A stretch of DNA of 63,995 nucleotides, filler included, from Choristocarpus tenellus KU-1152 (GCA_964200185.2; 14 parts of 14 records of this genome joined end to end with filler, not necessarily neighbours in it); one strand, 5' to 3'; shown: positions 26,411-40,113, numbered from the whole stretch's first letter. A program made the numbers and translations. Notes: generated by a model from the letters alone, not told the origin.

Positions 26411-26889
26411 GAAAGCTACCCTGATGTTGAGGGACAAGAGAGAGGCAATGATAGCAAAATTTGTGCCAGCACTGGTTAAGGCTCTTGGCAAGAAGGGTGC
26501 TGGAAGGATATGTACCCAGAATATGTCCACGTTCCAAATGTGGGTGGAGATCATGAAAGAAGTGGTAATGGATGTTGTTGTGGATGGTGGATATTGTTGT
26601 GGATAAAACGGACCTGGGTGTTGTTCTGACAACGGGTAGCTCTGAATGGATTGCCCCTAGGGTTATCTCGAAAAAGATTAGAGGGTTCTAAACAACAGAT
26701 TTTCTGGAGCAAGTGGTCCTGAGGGTTGTGTCGACAGTGCAAGATATGGGCCAAATATCATCACATGTTCTATGGCAATGCTAGCATTGAGTTTTACGGT
26801 GTCTGAGGCATGGTAGTCTCTTTGGATTACATACATAAATCCATGCATGCGTACATACATAAGAACATACATCAATAAATACACAGAGG

Positions 26890-26987
26890 GACATATATAC
26901 ATACATACATACATACATACATACATACATACATACATACATACATACATACATACATACGTACATACATACATGAGTACATACAGA
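26890..26987. repeat. (TACA)n microsatellite at contig end
   Basis: About 20 units seen directly. Confidence 0.97.
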
Positions 26988-27229
26988 NNNNNNNNNNNNN
27001 NNNNNNNNNNNNNNNNNNNNNNNNNNNNNNNTTAATTAATTAANNNNNNNNNNNNNNNNNNNNNNNNNNNNNNNNNNNNNNNNNNNNTATGTTCGAATTC
27101 TACGTCTTACTCTGCATCTCCTGTAAAAATCATCATTTATCTTGTAAGGCCACCTATGTATTACTAATATCGTATATAGTTCGTACTTGTCAGAACTCAA
27201 GAAATAATCCTCACACTCTACGTCTGTTA

Positions 27230-27343
27230 CAAATATTCGTATTTCCTGAAACATAAAAAGAAAATGTTCGCGCTATTCGCGTGTAACAAATCCCCAAACT
27301 TTGTTGAAATACAAGAGGAAAAGCTCATGCTATTCGCCTGTTA
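27230..27343 (-). mobile_element. Two termini of a putative Tc1/mariner-like element (CAGGCGAATAGC)
   Basis: The reverse complement TTACACGCGAATAGCGCGAACATTTTCTTTT matches TTACAGGCGAATAGCGCGGGCATTTCTTTT at 62389; a second terminus GCTATTCGCCTG lies at 27329-27340. Confidence 0.5.
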
Positions 27344-27496
27344 CAATTGAGACCATTACCTTGTAATATTAACTTTGCTCATCTACATTAAGCTGTTCTT
27401 TATCCTTCATTAAAGCACCAACGCCGCGGGTCCAGAGTGGGATACTTCAACACCTATTCCTTCCCCCTTGAATCCAGAGAAGAGGAGGGCAATAGT

Positions 27497-27837
27497 CTAG
27501 AGAGCAGGGGCTTTGCCCATGTTTGCAGCAGCCCAAAACATATTTCAGTCCAAGTCAGAAGATTGTATCTTTCTCGTGACAAAGTCTCCAGCAACCATGA
27601 ATGGAAGCTGGCTAGCCCCACCTTTGCTGACAACAGGTATAAAAGAGGCAGCTGGCACAAAAGGGACAATTTTCTTGAGGGGCTTACCAGCAGCACTGGC
27701 CCAATGTTCTTGCACACATCAGTTTCCATGCCTTTGGCAAGGAAAGCTACCTTAGAGATAGGCATGTCTTTGCAGTCACCAATTGCAAACACCTTGCCTC
27801 TCCCCCCAGCTCCCTTCATCTCTGCAGCATCATCTAC
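27497..27837 (-). pseudogene. AIFM2/FSP1-like pyridine nucleotide-disulfide oxidoreductase, disrupted last exon
   Basis: VDDAAEMKG...VFAIGDCKDMPISKVAFLA..CKNI, a frameshift near 27700, then AGKPLKK..IPVVSKGGASQLPFMVAGDFVTRKIQSSDL, with an in-frame TGA at 27545-27547. Confidence 0.7.
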
Positions 27838-28699
27838 CTTCATCACAATGAAAAAGAGGGCAGGTGCCATGGGTGAAGTGGAGGTGGGGAGAACACCATC
27901 AGGGGAAGACCCTTAGCATGAAGAGCAAATATAACTTCCAAACAACTACCAAGATAGGATGGATCAACTACAATGAGGGAATTGCTGGGCACGCCAAGAA
28001 GCACACAACGACCAAACCAACATGACAGCGAGTGTGATGAACACATTCAAAACCAAGGCTTGCTCGCATCCAGCATCTCAGGTCACCCATGTTCTTCACA
28101 ACAGAACACATACATATATAGAGAGATAGGTGGATTAAAAAAATTGTAGGCTAAGCAAGAAATCCAATATACGAAGGGCTTCCCACGAAGAAATCATAGT
28201 TTGACTTTAGTCAGGACTGGAGTTCTCCGGTCAAGCAGTGTCTTTCCCTAGTTGACACATCCTACCCAGCATTACAGTTAAAGATACCATGAATATAAAT
28301 GAAACGGGGCACAAAGATATCCAAAATGGACCCAAGAGTAAAGACAATGGAAACAATGACTCTTATTACCTTCAAGATGTCGCTACGTGGTGTAAGTGAA
28401 AGGAATGGCATCGTGTTGGAACATAGACGCATTACCAGGAGTGAAAGATATAGTAGAACTATTTGCGTCAAAAAGAATGATGTGATGATGTTAATTTGGT
28501 GCCATGAAGATATCATAATACTTGCGAGACAAAGTACGAGGGGAAATAATCTCCGAGGTAATAGACTTCAAAACGAAATTAACTACAATATATACTCCGT
28601 ATATACTTCACTACTGGTATGCAATGTGATTCTTTACCCAGTGGCATGGATCGCACCTTTACTTGCCCACGTTCGTCCAGTCAACCCCCAGGCCCACTG

Positions 28700-30048
28700 T
28701 CTACACAGAGGGAAGATGCCTGCATAGCACCTCTAGCAAGGACCCACAAAAAGGCTGGCCGAGGTGGTAGCCAAGGTGCGACTGGTCATCGTACGGACCC
28801 TGGGGCGACAGGATTCCGTACCAGGGGACTGACCAAGATCGGAGAGAAATGTGGAAAGAGTGGTTTGTTCAGGCATTTCGGTTCCTGTACGTTTGAAGGA
28901 TTGTGTTACAGCTGCGGGGGAAATGGCCACCTGCGAGCTGTGTGCCCTCAGAGGAGGGAAAAACGGTTAAAGTCGGCGGCAATACTAGCTGAACCAGATG
29001 AACCAGCTAGGGAGGCAAGTTCAAGACCGTGTTAGCCGCTGTGGCTGACAATGGCAAGGTGACATCGAATGCTTTCCAAACATGGTGTTTTAATTCGGAG
29101 GCTTCCAATGGTGTGACGAAAGACTCGACGTACATGTATGATTTTACCACATGTCCACAAGGCCACAACATGACCGTGGCTGACGGCACATTACTACCCA
29201 TTGTGAAGTATGCTAAGATTGAGTTGAATTTCAATGTTGGGCTCGATGAGTAGGTCCATATTACTTTGACATCTGTTGCACTAGTCCCGAAGATAGCTTT
29301 CAATCTTCTTTCTTCACATTCTGCTGGATGAGGCTAAGGACAACCAATGTGCCATGGAACTTCGACGGGTCAACATTGGAAATGGTGACAACAACAACAC
29401 CCTTCCTCACTGCACAAGATCTGGTAACCGGCAGAATACTTCTGTCAAAGCTGCTGTTTTTGACAAGTCCATTTTTTTATGACTTGTTTGCCTGTTTCCA
29501 TAGAAACTACCCTTGTGATGTGTGCGAGTGATGATTCTATTAGAGTGTTTAGTGGATGAGCTCCTTCCAGAACCCAAGACTGTATGAGCAGCACGTAGCT
29601 TTCCCAAATGCGATTTATGGGATCGAGCAAGAGCAGAAAAGATGTCTAGTTTGTTGTTGAAAAATGTTTGGGTGGAGGCCGTATTACGTCCTGGATGCAA
29701 TATAAATAGACAATAAATGGATTCACCATCGTAAGACTAACAAATTTGGCGAGGTAATGGGATGCAAGGTGCGTTTGATAGCAAAAGGTTTCGACTCATT
29801 GAGGGTTTAGATTATCAAGATACTTTTGCATCAACACCTTCCCCTACGTCTTTGAAAATGGTTTTAGCATTAGCTGCAGACAAGGATTGGGAAATGAAGC
29901 ATTGGGGTGTAACACAAGCCTTCATTCAGACAGATATTTGTGATGAGATTTATGTTTGTTTGTGTGATGGATGTGATTTATGGTCTGGAAAAGTTGTACG
30001 TTTGGTGAAAGCTCTTTGTGGCACCAAACAAGCTAGCAGGGAGTTGAA
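28700..30048 (+). mobile_element. Second decayed Copia copy of the same family (gag zinc knuckle, protease, 5' RT)
   Basis: CYSCGGNGHLRAVC, WCFNSEASNGVT, EGLDYQDTFASTPSPTSLKMVLALAADKDWEMKHW; clear nucleotide similarity to 7970-8560 and 9150-9890. Confidence 0.93.
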
Positions 30049-30071
30049 GGGTCAATGTATCTGAGGGGGGG
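30049..30071 (-). mobile_element. MITE family A terminus at contig end
   Basis: GGGTCAATGTATCTGAGGGGGGG. Confidence 0.7.
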
Positions 30072-30226
30072 NNNNNNNNNNNNNNNNNNNNNNNNNNNNN
30101 NNNNNNNNNNNNNNNTTAATTAATTAANNNNNNNNNNNNNNNNNNNNNNNNNNNNNNNNNNNNNNNNNNNNGGGGGAGGGGGAGGGGAGGGGGGGGAGGG
30201 GAAGGGGGGGGGGAAGGGGAGGAGAG

Positions 30227-30287
<61 letters not shown>

Positions 30288-33200
30288 AGTACAAGTTTGT
30301 CGAAAATATCACTTCAGGAGCTTACGGAGAACGATAGGGTTAGGCAATTGCCTGTACCTGACTGCTCTCAAAAAGCACTTCAACGCCAATACCCACATCT
30401 CATCAATACACAACAGTACACAACAGGAACGGCTTGTGAGCGTCCTCCTCAATCAACACACAAAATAGTCCAAACCGCTCCTCACATCCTCAGCAGCAGC
30501 AGCCATTACATTCGACCTCGCATCCATATTGATGCTCAGCCCCGGAAAATGATCCCCGATGCCATGGCTCAGGGCAGTCAGATGACCAAATAAGTTTCCC
30601 CCATGGACAGCTCTTTCGTCTACACCGCGGGACGCCTCCGATCCTTCTAAGAGCGCAAGCACTGCCGCTCTGTTTCCCTCCCCATCATCAACGGCACCAG
30701 GAGGGTCCGAGGGAGTAACGCCTCCGTGGTGAAGCCTGTGGTGGCAAAAAGGGCGAAGTGCTGTTACCAGAGCATACACACACAATAATATTTTTTTTTA
30801 TGTTCTGCTGTCGGAATTCGTTGCCGGTTAAATCTCGCTCACACCATTTCTGGGGCACCTGCTTTTCTTGAGCAGTTACACTAATTAATCCTCGTGCCTT
30901 GGGGGAGGGGGAGTGACCAACGGAAGTGCTGCGCATAAGTATATGAAGACGTCCTATTGGTCTGTGACATGAGGGTGCATCACGCCGGCTGAGGCAGAGG
31001 TTCAGGGTTAAGCGCAGTGATACTGTCACTGAGGTTCAAGTTGCACTGCACGCAAGAGGTATACCTCTTTTGTTTCAAAGGACTTTGGGCTGCATACGCG
31101 CACCCGCCCACCATCCAACACAACTGTGAAAAGATCAAAGCAACACACCCGGGATACGGCTTGGTACCCCAGCAGATTTCAGCGAGCGAACTCCATCATC
31201 TATTTTTTTTTAATCCACAAGCACAAAGGGGATGACAACACCAACAAGTGAATCCACACGCCTCTCCCCTCAGTCGCTGACCAACTACACACTACTAAAC
31301 AAAACCAACAGCAAAATAGTTCGAAGCAAATGAACCGGTGGTGTAAGGATCCTGACTTTGTCTTCTTCATCAACCTGCTGCGTACACATGGAAACAACTA
31401 CTCTTAACTCTTTACATGTGGTGTGACTAGATAGCACACTTCTCAGCCGGGCAACTGGAGCATCTGCCATTGGAACTAAAGGATTTTCACAACTACCTCT
31501 CTTCGTTTCACAACAGAGTTCCGTATTACAATGAAATGGTACACACGATCACCGGTTGGGTTCAATGATACACTACACATACACCACTACCACTCTTTGT
31601 AAACTCAGGAAACTCAGGAGAATATTCCCTCACGTACACAACCCAGCTCCAGAGCACTCTGCTCTATACTACTCTGGAGCATATTGAAGTGTTACCACAC
31701 ACAAGTATGGCTAAGAACGAAACACCTTACACCATGGAACAAATGCTGGGTACCTGCAACTTCTTCCAACCCCAAAATTGTCGGATACTGGACAGTTGGA
31801 AAATAATACATTACAGATTTACAGTGAGTGGGGAGCAATCCCCGAAGTCAGCGAAACCCTACAACCAGATCAAACCAGATCAAATCAGATCAGACCTGTG
31901 TTACATCCCCTGTGGACCGTTATGGTTGTCTCTTGGTAGTGGTAGAAAGTTCAGCCAAATAGAGAGCAACAAATATTGTGAGCATAAAAACTGCTGGAAA
32001 GAAGCTTTTAAAATCTATACACTAGTCAAAAAAATTTCACACAACTCACTTGTCTTCTAATAGCTACACAAGAAACTGAAACCATATCTGAGACTAAATA
32101 CGCTTCCCAATCCCTGACTCAAAAAAAATATATATATATATATATCAAGCTTTGAATTGGCAAATGATCCTCTCAGAGGATGAACATGATTATGTCAACC
32201 CCAACACCAAATTCTGGTGTGGTTTTCTCAGTTATTGTTTTGAATTAATTTGTAATTGCCTTGACATCAACACCATGAAGGGGGAAGGTATGGGCATCGT
32301 TCTATTCCTTTCATGAAACATAAAATAATCACAATTTTAAGATAGCACAATTGGTTTAGTGTCCTAAATTTCCAGGGGAGAGGGGGGGGAATCTTTAAAA
32401 TATGCCTTAACACTCAGCCCTTCATCATAGCATGCATCAATCTGTAAAAACGAGTATGCCTTAACTCAAAGAAAACGTGAAGGCATATGGATTTGGGGTT
32501 TTATTATATAAAAACGCCAACTTTCTTTGCTGAACCAGCCTTTATTCACTTTAAGCATTGAAGCATGTTGGGACAAGATGCCCCCTAAATAGTGCAGACT
32601 ACAACAGTTGTCGGTTTGATGAAAAGGAAGAATGCATTGAACATATCATACACTACAGCATTACAAGAAGGATTTCGTGGCCTATGTTATGGTTGGTAAC
32701 AATGGACTCTCAAGCAGCTGCAATAACCCCAACATTGCCACAGGGGACATTTTCAGTTGTACACCTAAAGATTCACAACATTGCTTAAAACTCCAAAAGT
32801 AGCACAGAGCATAGTTGACCACCTCAATCAACCTGTGGAGTATCCCCTCCCTCAAGCCCATAAAGCAAGCAAACCTGGATAGCTCTAGAACGAGACTGCT
32901 GTCTCCAACATCGAGCAGAAAGCTTTCGTGTAGGAGCTCCCATGCCTTGGGGGACGGCTAGAGATTGGGCATTGGGAGGGGCGGAGAAAGGGGTGCGAAT
33001 GAGGGAGGAGGGGCTACAGAGAGCACTTATCCAGGAAGTAGTCACGATGGAGTTGAAGGGGGCGGAAACGTTTGCCTAGGTGTAAATACTTACGTAACAA
33101 GCTACAACTACAACTACAACTACAGTAGGCAATCAATTTTGAGAAAGTCCAAAATCTCAGTAGCAATTGAGAAGAAAGTCTTCCACAGAGAACAAGCTCT

Positions 33201-34429
33201 ATAGCTGTACCAATATCATTTCTTCACTGGAAAAAATCGCCCTGGAGACCGGAGGGTAGTACCTTCGGAGTCCAACCACTGTTGCCATCGACAACGTCCC
33301 CGGGCATGTCCTTTAGGTTCTTCTCTATACTCCACGAACGCCATCTGTACGCCAACCGGCAAACACGAGTAAGAACTAGGGATGCCATTGATTGGGAGCC
33401 TCTTAGAAACCCTCAGTAGCATGCACACCACGATTTCTAGAGGAAAAGGTGGATAATGATGAAGCGCTCAACATGCAGCGCTAAAACCTCACGTAATAAC
33501 GACAAGAAATATCATGAAACTCACATGGCATTTTCGGTTCGTCTCTTCACCAGAGCATCTAGATCAACCTCAAGATCGGAGGGATTGTCTTTCCTCATCT
33601 CATCCCATGTGTTGCCTGGAACATCGTCGTTCAAGCTTCCGATCTCGAGTTCACGACCAACAGCACCACCAACCCCTCAACATTCGGTCTTCAGATGACT
33701 ATATACTTCTTTGGAGCAACAAGTTCTTTACGTGGATGGACTCTTCACAGAAAGGACTATGATGACACCTTCGATGGAGAGGGAGACAGGACCTGGAGAG
33801 AAAAAGAAGATACGCACTACACTGTGGTCTGTCACCCACATCAACTAAAGTGGTGTTTGTGACGAGAATTAAAAACCACCGATTTCAATAAAGTGATTGT
33901 TTATGGCGTCACTCTGACTAATTAATGAAGAAAAATGTTTATGGATGAACGGAGAGATTGAAGATACCGGAAAGATTTTTCTAGTTCCTATCAAATATAA
34001 AATATTAATATGTTGTTTGACCTTTTCGAGATTTGTTAAGGGAAAACCAAACCAACGCAATAAATAATATAACCTATGAATATATTTTATATTTCCCAAA
34101 ATACACAAAAAAATAAACCGACAAAACGAAAATATCAACATTGTGAGTGGGTACATGTCTGACATCGACCATATGCCCACCACAAACCCATCTACGACCC
34201 GCCCATGTTGAAGCACTGATGTCAATCGACAGCCATGGAATGAACCATGTTTGAACTTTAGTTACACTAATGTTAAAGTATCGACGATCAAAGGAATTGG
34301 CGGTGTTAAACCAATGCTTTTCAAGGGGTCCACAAATTAAAAAAAGTCCCACCCACCAGCCAGACTGGTCCCACCATTTTTTTACTTGTCCTGGTCGATG
34401 TCCACTAGGTATTGAACCGATCCATGTCG

Positions 34430-34511
34430 ACAAATATACAAATATATCAAATCTAGGACTTCAAGGTCATAATGGTGTTTATGAAACTGCCATCAAGACA
34501 TATCGCCTGTA
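34430..34511. repeat. Dispersed repeat terminus ending ATCGCCTG, shared with 53405-53478
   Basis: AAATCTAGGACTT...GTTTATGAAA..CCAT.AAGAC..ATCGCCTGT at both loci. Confidence 0.65.
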
Positions 34512-35488
34512 ACAATACACCTTATACAGCAAAGCAGATGCGCTTATTTACTGAGAAAACTCAAATGATTCAGGCAGAAGTTAAGCACTTACAAGAATGT
34601 GGTATAATAAGGTCTTCCGCTTCAGCGTAGGCAGCGGCAGTGGTAGCAGTAAGAAAAAAAAATGGGACCCTAAGGTTGTGCACAGACTACAGAATGCTTA
34701 TTGATCTCTCACGTAGTGATAGTGGAGGTCTTGGGAATATTGCTAGCATCTTTGACAAGCTTAAGAGTTCTAGCTATTTTACAGTCGTAGATTTAGCATC
34801 AGGATTTTTCTAGCTGGAGATGGCAAAGGAAGACAAACACAAGACGGCCTTCCGTGATGCTCATGGACAACTATATGGGGTATAACAGGTGTGGCTTTGG
34901 CTTGAAAATCTTGCCTGCAGTTTTCTCCAGATACATGAGAGAGATGTTGGGAGAACTCAAAGGAAACGGTGTAGAGAAAACTGACTAGACGACCTCTCTT
35001 TTGCTACACTTAATCATTTGATGAGCACATGACCCAACTCCGCCTCCTACTGACTAAACTCTGCAATATGGTTTGTCGGCGAATTTCCCCAAATCCCTGT
35101 GGTGTATGCCCTCGCAGGAATTGTTGGGATGAAGGTGGGTATAGATCGCCTGAGTCCTGCCCCATCAAAAATGATAGCAGTAGCAGCAAAGCTTGATCCC
35201 CCGTCGACAGTTGAGCAGCTGATAAGTTTTTGGGAAGGCAGGATGCGACAGTTTGTTCTTATGGCCAACTAGCTGCACCACTATCTGACATTCTCCCGAA
35301 TAAAGGGTATGCTTCCAAAAGAGACAGAAAGATGAGTATCCCTTGGGGATCAGACGAGCAGAAGGCATTTGAAGAACTTAAGGTACATCTGATTTCTCCA
35401 CCAATTCTAGTTTTCCAGACTGGGATAAATCGATTCTTCTACATACAGATGCAAGTGAGGAAAGGGCTGGAGCAATCCTAACCCAAGT
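34511..35488 (+). mobile_element. Decayed Ty3/Gypsy reverse transcriptase and start of RNase H
   Basis: GIIRSSAS, VRKKNGTLRLCTDYR, YFTVVDLASGF, KHKTAF, FGLK, *LDDL, QKAFEELK..LISPPIL, LHTDAS..AGAILTQ. Stops and frameshifts; ends at a MITE B insertion. Confidence 0.93.
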
Positions 35489-35563
35489 GAGTCAAATTAT
35501 CTTAGAGAGTAGAGCCGCGTCCATTTGGGGGGTCAAAATCTCTTGTTGCGATTTTGATGTAAT
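35489..35563 (-). mobile_element. MITE family B, right-end fragment
   Basis: GAGTCAAATTATCTTAGAGAGTAGAGCCGCGTCCATTTGGGG...TGTTGCGATTTTGATGTAAT. Confidence 0.85.
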
Positions 35564-35904
35564 GCCAGCTGGACTGGGTCAAGCATTCTCTAACATGTCC
35601 AGACCATGACCACTGGTCAGTCCATGTTCACGTGTCGAACGGTCTAACTTCCCCCCTCCCATTTCCGGACCATGGCGACTGACCAGTTAAACCTTTTCTG
35701 GTATGTCCGGACCATGTCCTCTACGTGTTCTATAAATCTAACTGTCAATTTTATTTGGCCTTTCTATGCGAACAACGAAAATGTGTGTAAAATATTGAAG
35801 GCTAAGTTATACTCCAGCACGTGCATAAACATAGCACTCTTTCAAATCATCTCTGAAGTTTCTTCGTTCGAAACCATGAGGAACATACACTAGTAAAAAG
35901 TGTT

Positions 35905-35927
35905 GACCCGAAGTATCTGGGGGGGGG
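35905..35927 (+). mobile_element. MITE family A terminus at contig end
   Basis: GACCCGAAGTATCT followed by a G tract. Confidence 0.75.
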
Positions 35928-36059
35928 NNNNNNNNNNNNNNNNNNNNNNNNNNNNNNNNNNNNNNNNNNNNTTAATTAATTAANNNNNNNNNNNNNNNNN
36001 NNNNNNNNNNNNNNNNNNNNNNNNNNNAAGTAAATAAAAAAAAATCCCTATTAGAAAAA

Positions 36060-36104
36060 GCGGCGCCCCCCCCCCCCCCCCCCCCCCCCCAGATACTTTG
36101 ACCC
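36060..36104 (+). mobile_element. MITE family A right terminus near contig start
   Basis: C tract followed by AGATACTTTGACCC. Confidence 0.75.
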
Positions 36105-36399
36105 CATGTGTCAAACCACGGAATCACATTCTAAAAAAGGGACTCTGAAAATGCCACACAACGACTTGAAGCAAGTAAGATCCTCAGCTATCTCTGTTTA
36201 GGAATTCTTTGAGGATGGCAGAACATATTTGGTGTGAGGATCAGGGCGATCTCAAAGGCATCAGTTTGGACGGAAGCAAACAAAGTAGTTCTCCATTCAT
36301 TTGAGATGAGATGGGAAGGTTGCCACGAGAATCAGGATCTATTCTTTGGCGATGTCGAACCACTGTAGAATGCAAAATCAACCATGCTCGACATGAGTA

Positions 36400-37095
36400 T
36401 AATCGACTCGCTGAACCCACTGCCCCATTGCAAGCCAGTTGGTGATGAGCCAACCGAAAGGCTATTGGAACAGATGACTTCCCAGTGGAAGTTTTGAAGC
36501 TGAGATTTTCATGAGGATTCCCTTTCCCTGCAGGCCGTTGACAACATCACTCTTTCTGTGTGACGATTAGAGAGATCCCTCAGAAGTGGAAGGGAAGGAC
36601 GCAGTCATTAAATCCGTCACCAAGAAGAAGAACTGGACTGAGTGTGGGAACTACAAGGGTAGCTCACTGTTGGGTATCACAAAACTGGTAAATTAATCCT
36701 CCTCAAACTTATTGCTGCACGATGCCAGCCTGGGAACTTACGTTGAGCAGAAGGGCACATTGCAAAAGGAACTATGTGGATTCCGATCTAGATGATTGAC
36801 CATGGACAAGGTTTTCGTGGCCTATGTCTTGCTCAGGCGAGAGAAGGTCCCTTCGTTTATGTTTGCGTACTTGTGTGTTTCATTGACCTGAAGAGGGTGT
36901 ATGACTCTGTCGATTGAGACCTCGACTGGACAGTACTGATCAAATATGGAGTAACAGTTAAGATGACTTCGATCGTTTGTTAAATCTATCTCGGAATATG
37001 GGCTTGTGTGCAGATAAATGATGGGGAATGCTCGACTGGTTCAAGTGTTGAACAAGGCCTCTGTGAGTGGTGTGTTCTCACCCCATTATTGTTGT
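36400..37095 (+). mobile_element. Decayed RTE-clade LINE reverse transcriptase
   Basis: NRKAIGTDDFPVEVLK, KDAVIK...KKK.WTECGNYKG.SLL, LCGFR, CFIDLKRVYDSVD, VEQGL...CVLTPLL, with many lesions. Confidence 0.85.
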
Positions 37096-39229
37096 TTGAT
37101 TCCTTCGTTACTACAGTGCTTACTATAGTACAAGGGGAGTATCCCTGAAGAAGATATTGCCAACATCAGGAGAGTTGAGAAGAGATCACCCGATTGCGCG
37201 CTGCAAAAGGACACGGTCTCATTCCTACCATCACATGGGGACCACCATACTTCACTAGGCATATATGTTGGCGTGGACACTACCTTCATGGAATTTACGA
37301 GAATATGGAATCAGATGGGGTGATGAGGACTATCGCACGAATTGGAGCCAGGAAGAAAGAACTTCAGAAGCAGCTTCATGCAAGTTGAAAGGGCGAAAGA
37401 AATAGCTTGACTTAGAGTAGAGGAGACAAACCTCCACATCAGGGCTGGCAAGCTTCCGATCAACAACAGCACCACTAAGGTTAAGGAATGGCTACAACCA
37501 AAAGGGCAGGGAGATGTAGCGTTATTTTTCTTTGGATCTGGTTCAGGTAATGGGGCGGAAAGGGAAGGAGCATTCAGATCAAGGAGATTGCTCTTACATC
37601 TGATATGTTCACCCTAATGATATGAAAATCACTACAGAGTTTCAAAGGCCTGGTACGGACGCGTGACCCCTACAGCAGGACACCCACAGACGTCATTTTT
37701 CAACAAAACCTACAGAGTTACACGGTCTATTGCAAGCACGTATACCTACCTTCGTTCCTTCATTGGCATATCAAAATCTTGGCATAATAAAAGTAAACAC
37801 TCAGAGTATTTCTATAGAAGAGGAGGGGTAGTAAATCATGATGAATCCATCTTCGCTCTTCATAAAAATTGAACCCCTCAGTCATATGTTCTTCATCTTT
37901 CATTGAAAGGAAGACACGGCCGAACAATAGTCTGTCTTGGATACTACTACAGGAGATCATGCCTTTCTTTGGTGATGAAGAAAGAGAGAAGAAAAAAGTG
38001 GTGAGTCGAAATCTCATGACTCTGAATAGGGGCCCCAGTTAAAAAAAATAGCCTTAGGTCACAACACGCCACTAAGTGACCAACGTGCCTTTCTCGTGCC
38101 TTGCTTCATGCATCGACAGCTTAGTAGAGTTAATCGGAAAGTTTCTACATCAATGGTCGACTTAATTCCAACCGAACATTATTTCGGTTCACAACGCTAT
38201 ATCCATTCCCAAATATTGTGTGTTGCAAGAAACGAATAATAGTGAGTAAACTGTGTGTAGTCCAGACTATGTATGTGGGATACAATGGATATTCCTATGA
38301 TCTAGATATTTCTACAATGTGTAAAATACGGAGCAGTACCTGTACCTGATGTAGGTTTGCAAGGGTGTTGTGTTTGCCGCATGGGATTGGATAATTGAAA
38401 CTAGACTTACATTATTATTAGAAGAAGTCTTGCGTCAATGGGGTTCGAGGCAATGAAGTTCACAAGTACACTGGGAACACTATCACTCATACCACAAAAA
38501 ACATATTCTTCAAAGAGTGTATCGTACCTACTCCACGTCGTGTAATATTATATGTATATATATACAAGCATGTGTATAGAGAGTGAGAGATAAGATAGAA
38601 GGAAATCGCTCTCTTCAACACACAGAACGTATGATGTTATTTCCAATATACAGATAAACACTACAATGTTGGCAGTCGCCTCCTGGATCAATTTTGTCGT
38701 GCCATAACTTTTTGATAACGATTTTTTCATGAGAATTCGTTTGTTGTAATCGCATAATTACGCTTAACCTTATTCGATGGGTCTCAGTTGGTCAACTTCC
38801 AGTAATCGTGAGAAATACCGTTCCACACTTAAACCAAGTAGTCTGCGCGCGAAACTCGCATTTTAGGACGATTTTGGCGCCAGAAGAGACCATCTTCATT
38901 TGGAGAACATGCGTGTTGTTGTCTCTCCGTTCTCTTTCCATTATTTCCCGTTTATTCGATGTTCTCACCTGCTGACGAAAGCTCACTCATGGGGCCCGGC
39001 CTCTGAACCAGAAAATCCATGCCAAGTCAAATGAGGTATTCTGAAGGTGCAGGCCACCTGTGAGACTTAAATGTGTTGTACNNNNNNNNNNNNNNNNNNN
39101 NNNNNNNNNNNNNNNNNNNNNNNNNTTAATTAATTAANNNNNNNNNNNNNNNNNNNNNNNNNNNNNNNNNNNNNNNNNNNNAACCATCCTCGTAGTCCCG
39201 CTCCATCCCCAATTTTGAACATCCCCTGT

Positions 39230-39298
39230 TATTGGAAGCCAAGTCCCAAATAATGGACAAACAGTGCAAAACTCGTACCCTCTAAGATACTTTCGCTC
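39230..39298 (-). mobile_element. MITE family B, left end
   Basis: Reverse complement GAGCGAAAGTATCTTAGAGGGTACGAGTTTTGCACTGTTTGTCCATT...GGGACTTGGCTTCC. Confidence 0.85.
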
Positions 39299-40113
39299 TT
39301 TGTGTACACAACCTTTGGAGTTTACAGGTGCTGTATCTACAATTTTTTTGTTGCATGGCATTTTGTGTTCAGATTTGTATGAAATTTTATTATGAATTTG
39401 TCTCTCCTGCCGTGTGGGCCTTGCCTGTTGGCCTCGCAGTTGTGTCCCCATATAAATCAATAACTTCTTCATTTGTACTTTCGTTTTGCTTCAGTTATTT
39501 TGAGGAAGCCTCCTGATAGACAAAAGAGATATGGCGTGTGTTAGCTTACACAGGTCGTCTATGAATACTACCATACTCTTGCTTTTAACCCATTTATGGA
39601 AGGACTTTTGCAAATAAATCTATTTCCTTTGAAAAATATCTTTATCAATCACTGTCGATATACAACCCTCTTGAACGCCTTTGCATTCTTCACCCTCTAC
39701 TCATCCATTTATGTGTTCATATCTCTACCTATACATTTTCTCTTGTACATTGACACCGTAAGAGAGAGGGGTTAAATGGCTTCTAAGTGTGAGGAGGATA
39801 GGGTATTATGGTCAAGGTTCACGAAGGTCTTGAATCTGGTGGGGTCAAAATAGGCCGCCCTCATAGATGGTGTGACTCTGCCATAGTTCTCAGGATCAAA
39901 TACTTCCACTTGAAAAGCACAGCTAGTGGCTTAATTTCCTCAGAAAGGATTCCTGAATCCTGCAGCATCCAAGCAAGAAAAGGCATGACCTCAGAATGCA
40001 GTAAGAAAATATAACCTAAGTTCAAGATAAAATCAATGTCTTCTGCCATTACCAGCAGGTTATCTCCATACCACAACACTGCTCAAAAGTACCTAGACTG
40101 AGAGTCCAAACGT

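Noticed and set aside
26678-27035. ORFs with MYVC or YIHT repeats
   Set aside because: They are translations of the (TACA)n microsatellite.
27545-27547. Selenocysteine readthrough of the TGA
   Set aside because: The same exon has a frameshift, so pseudogene decay is the simpler explanation.
30172-30285. Long poly-G tract and polyproline ORF
   Set aside because: It is a contig-edge homopolymer whose length is probably a sequencing artefact.
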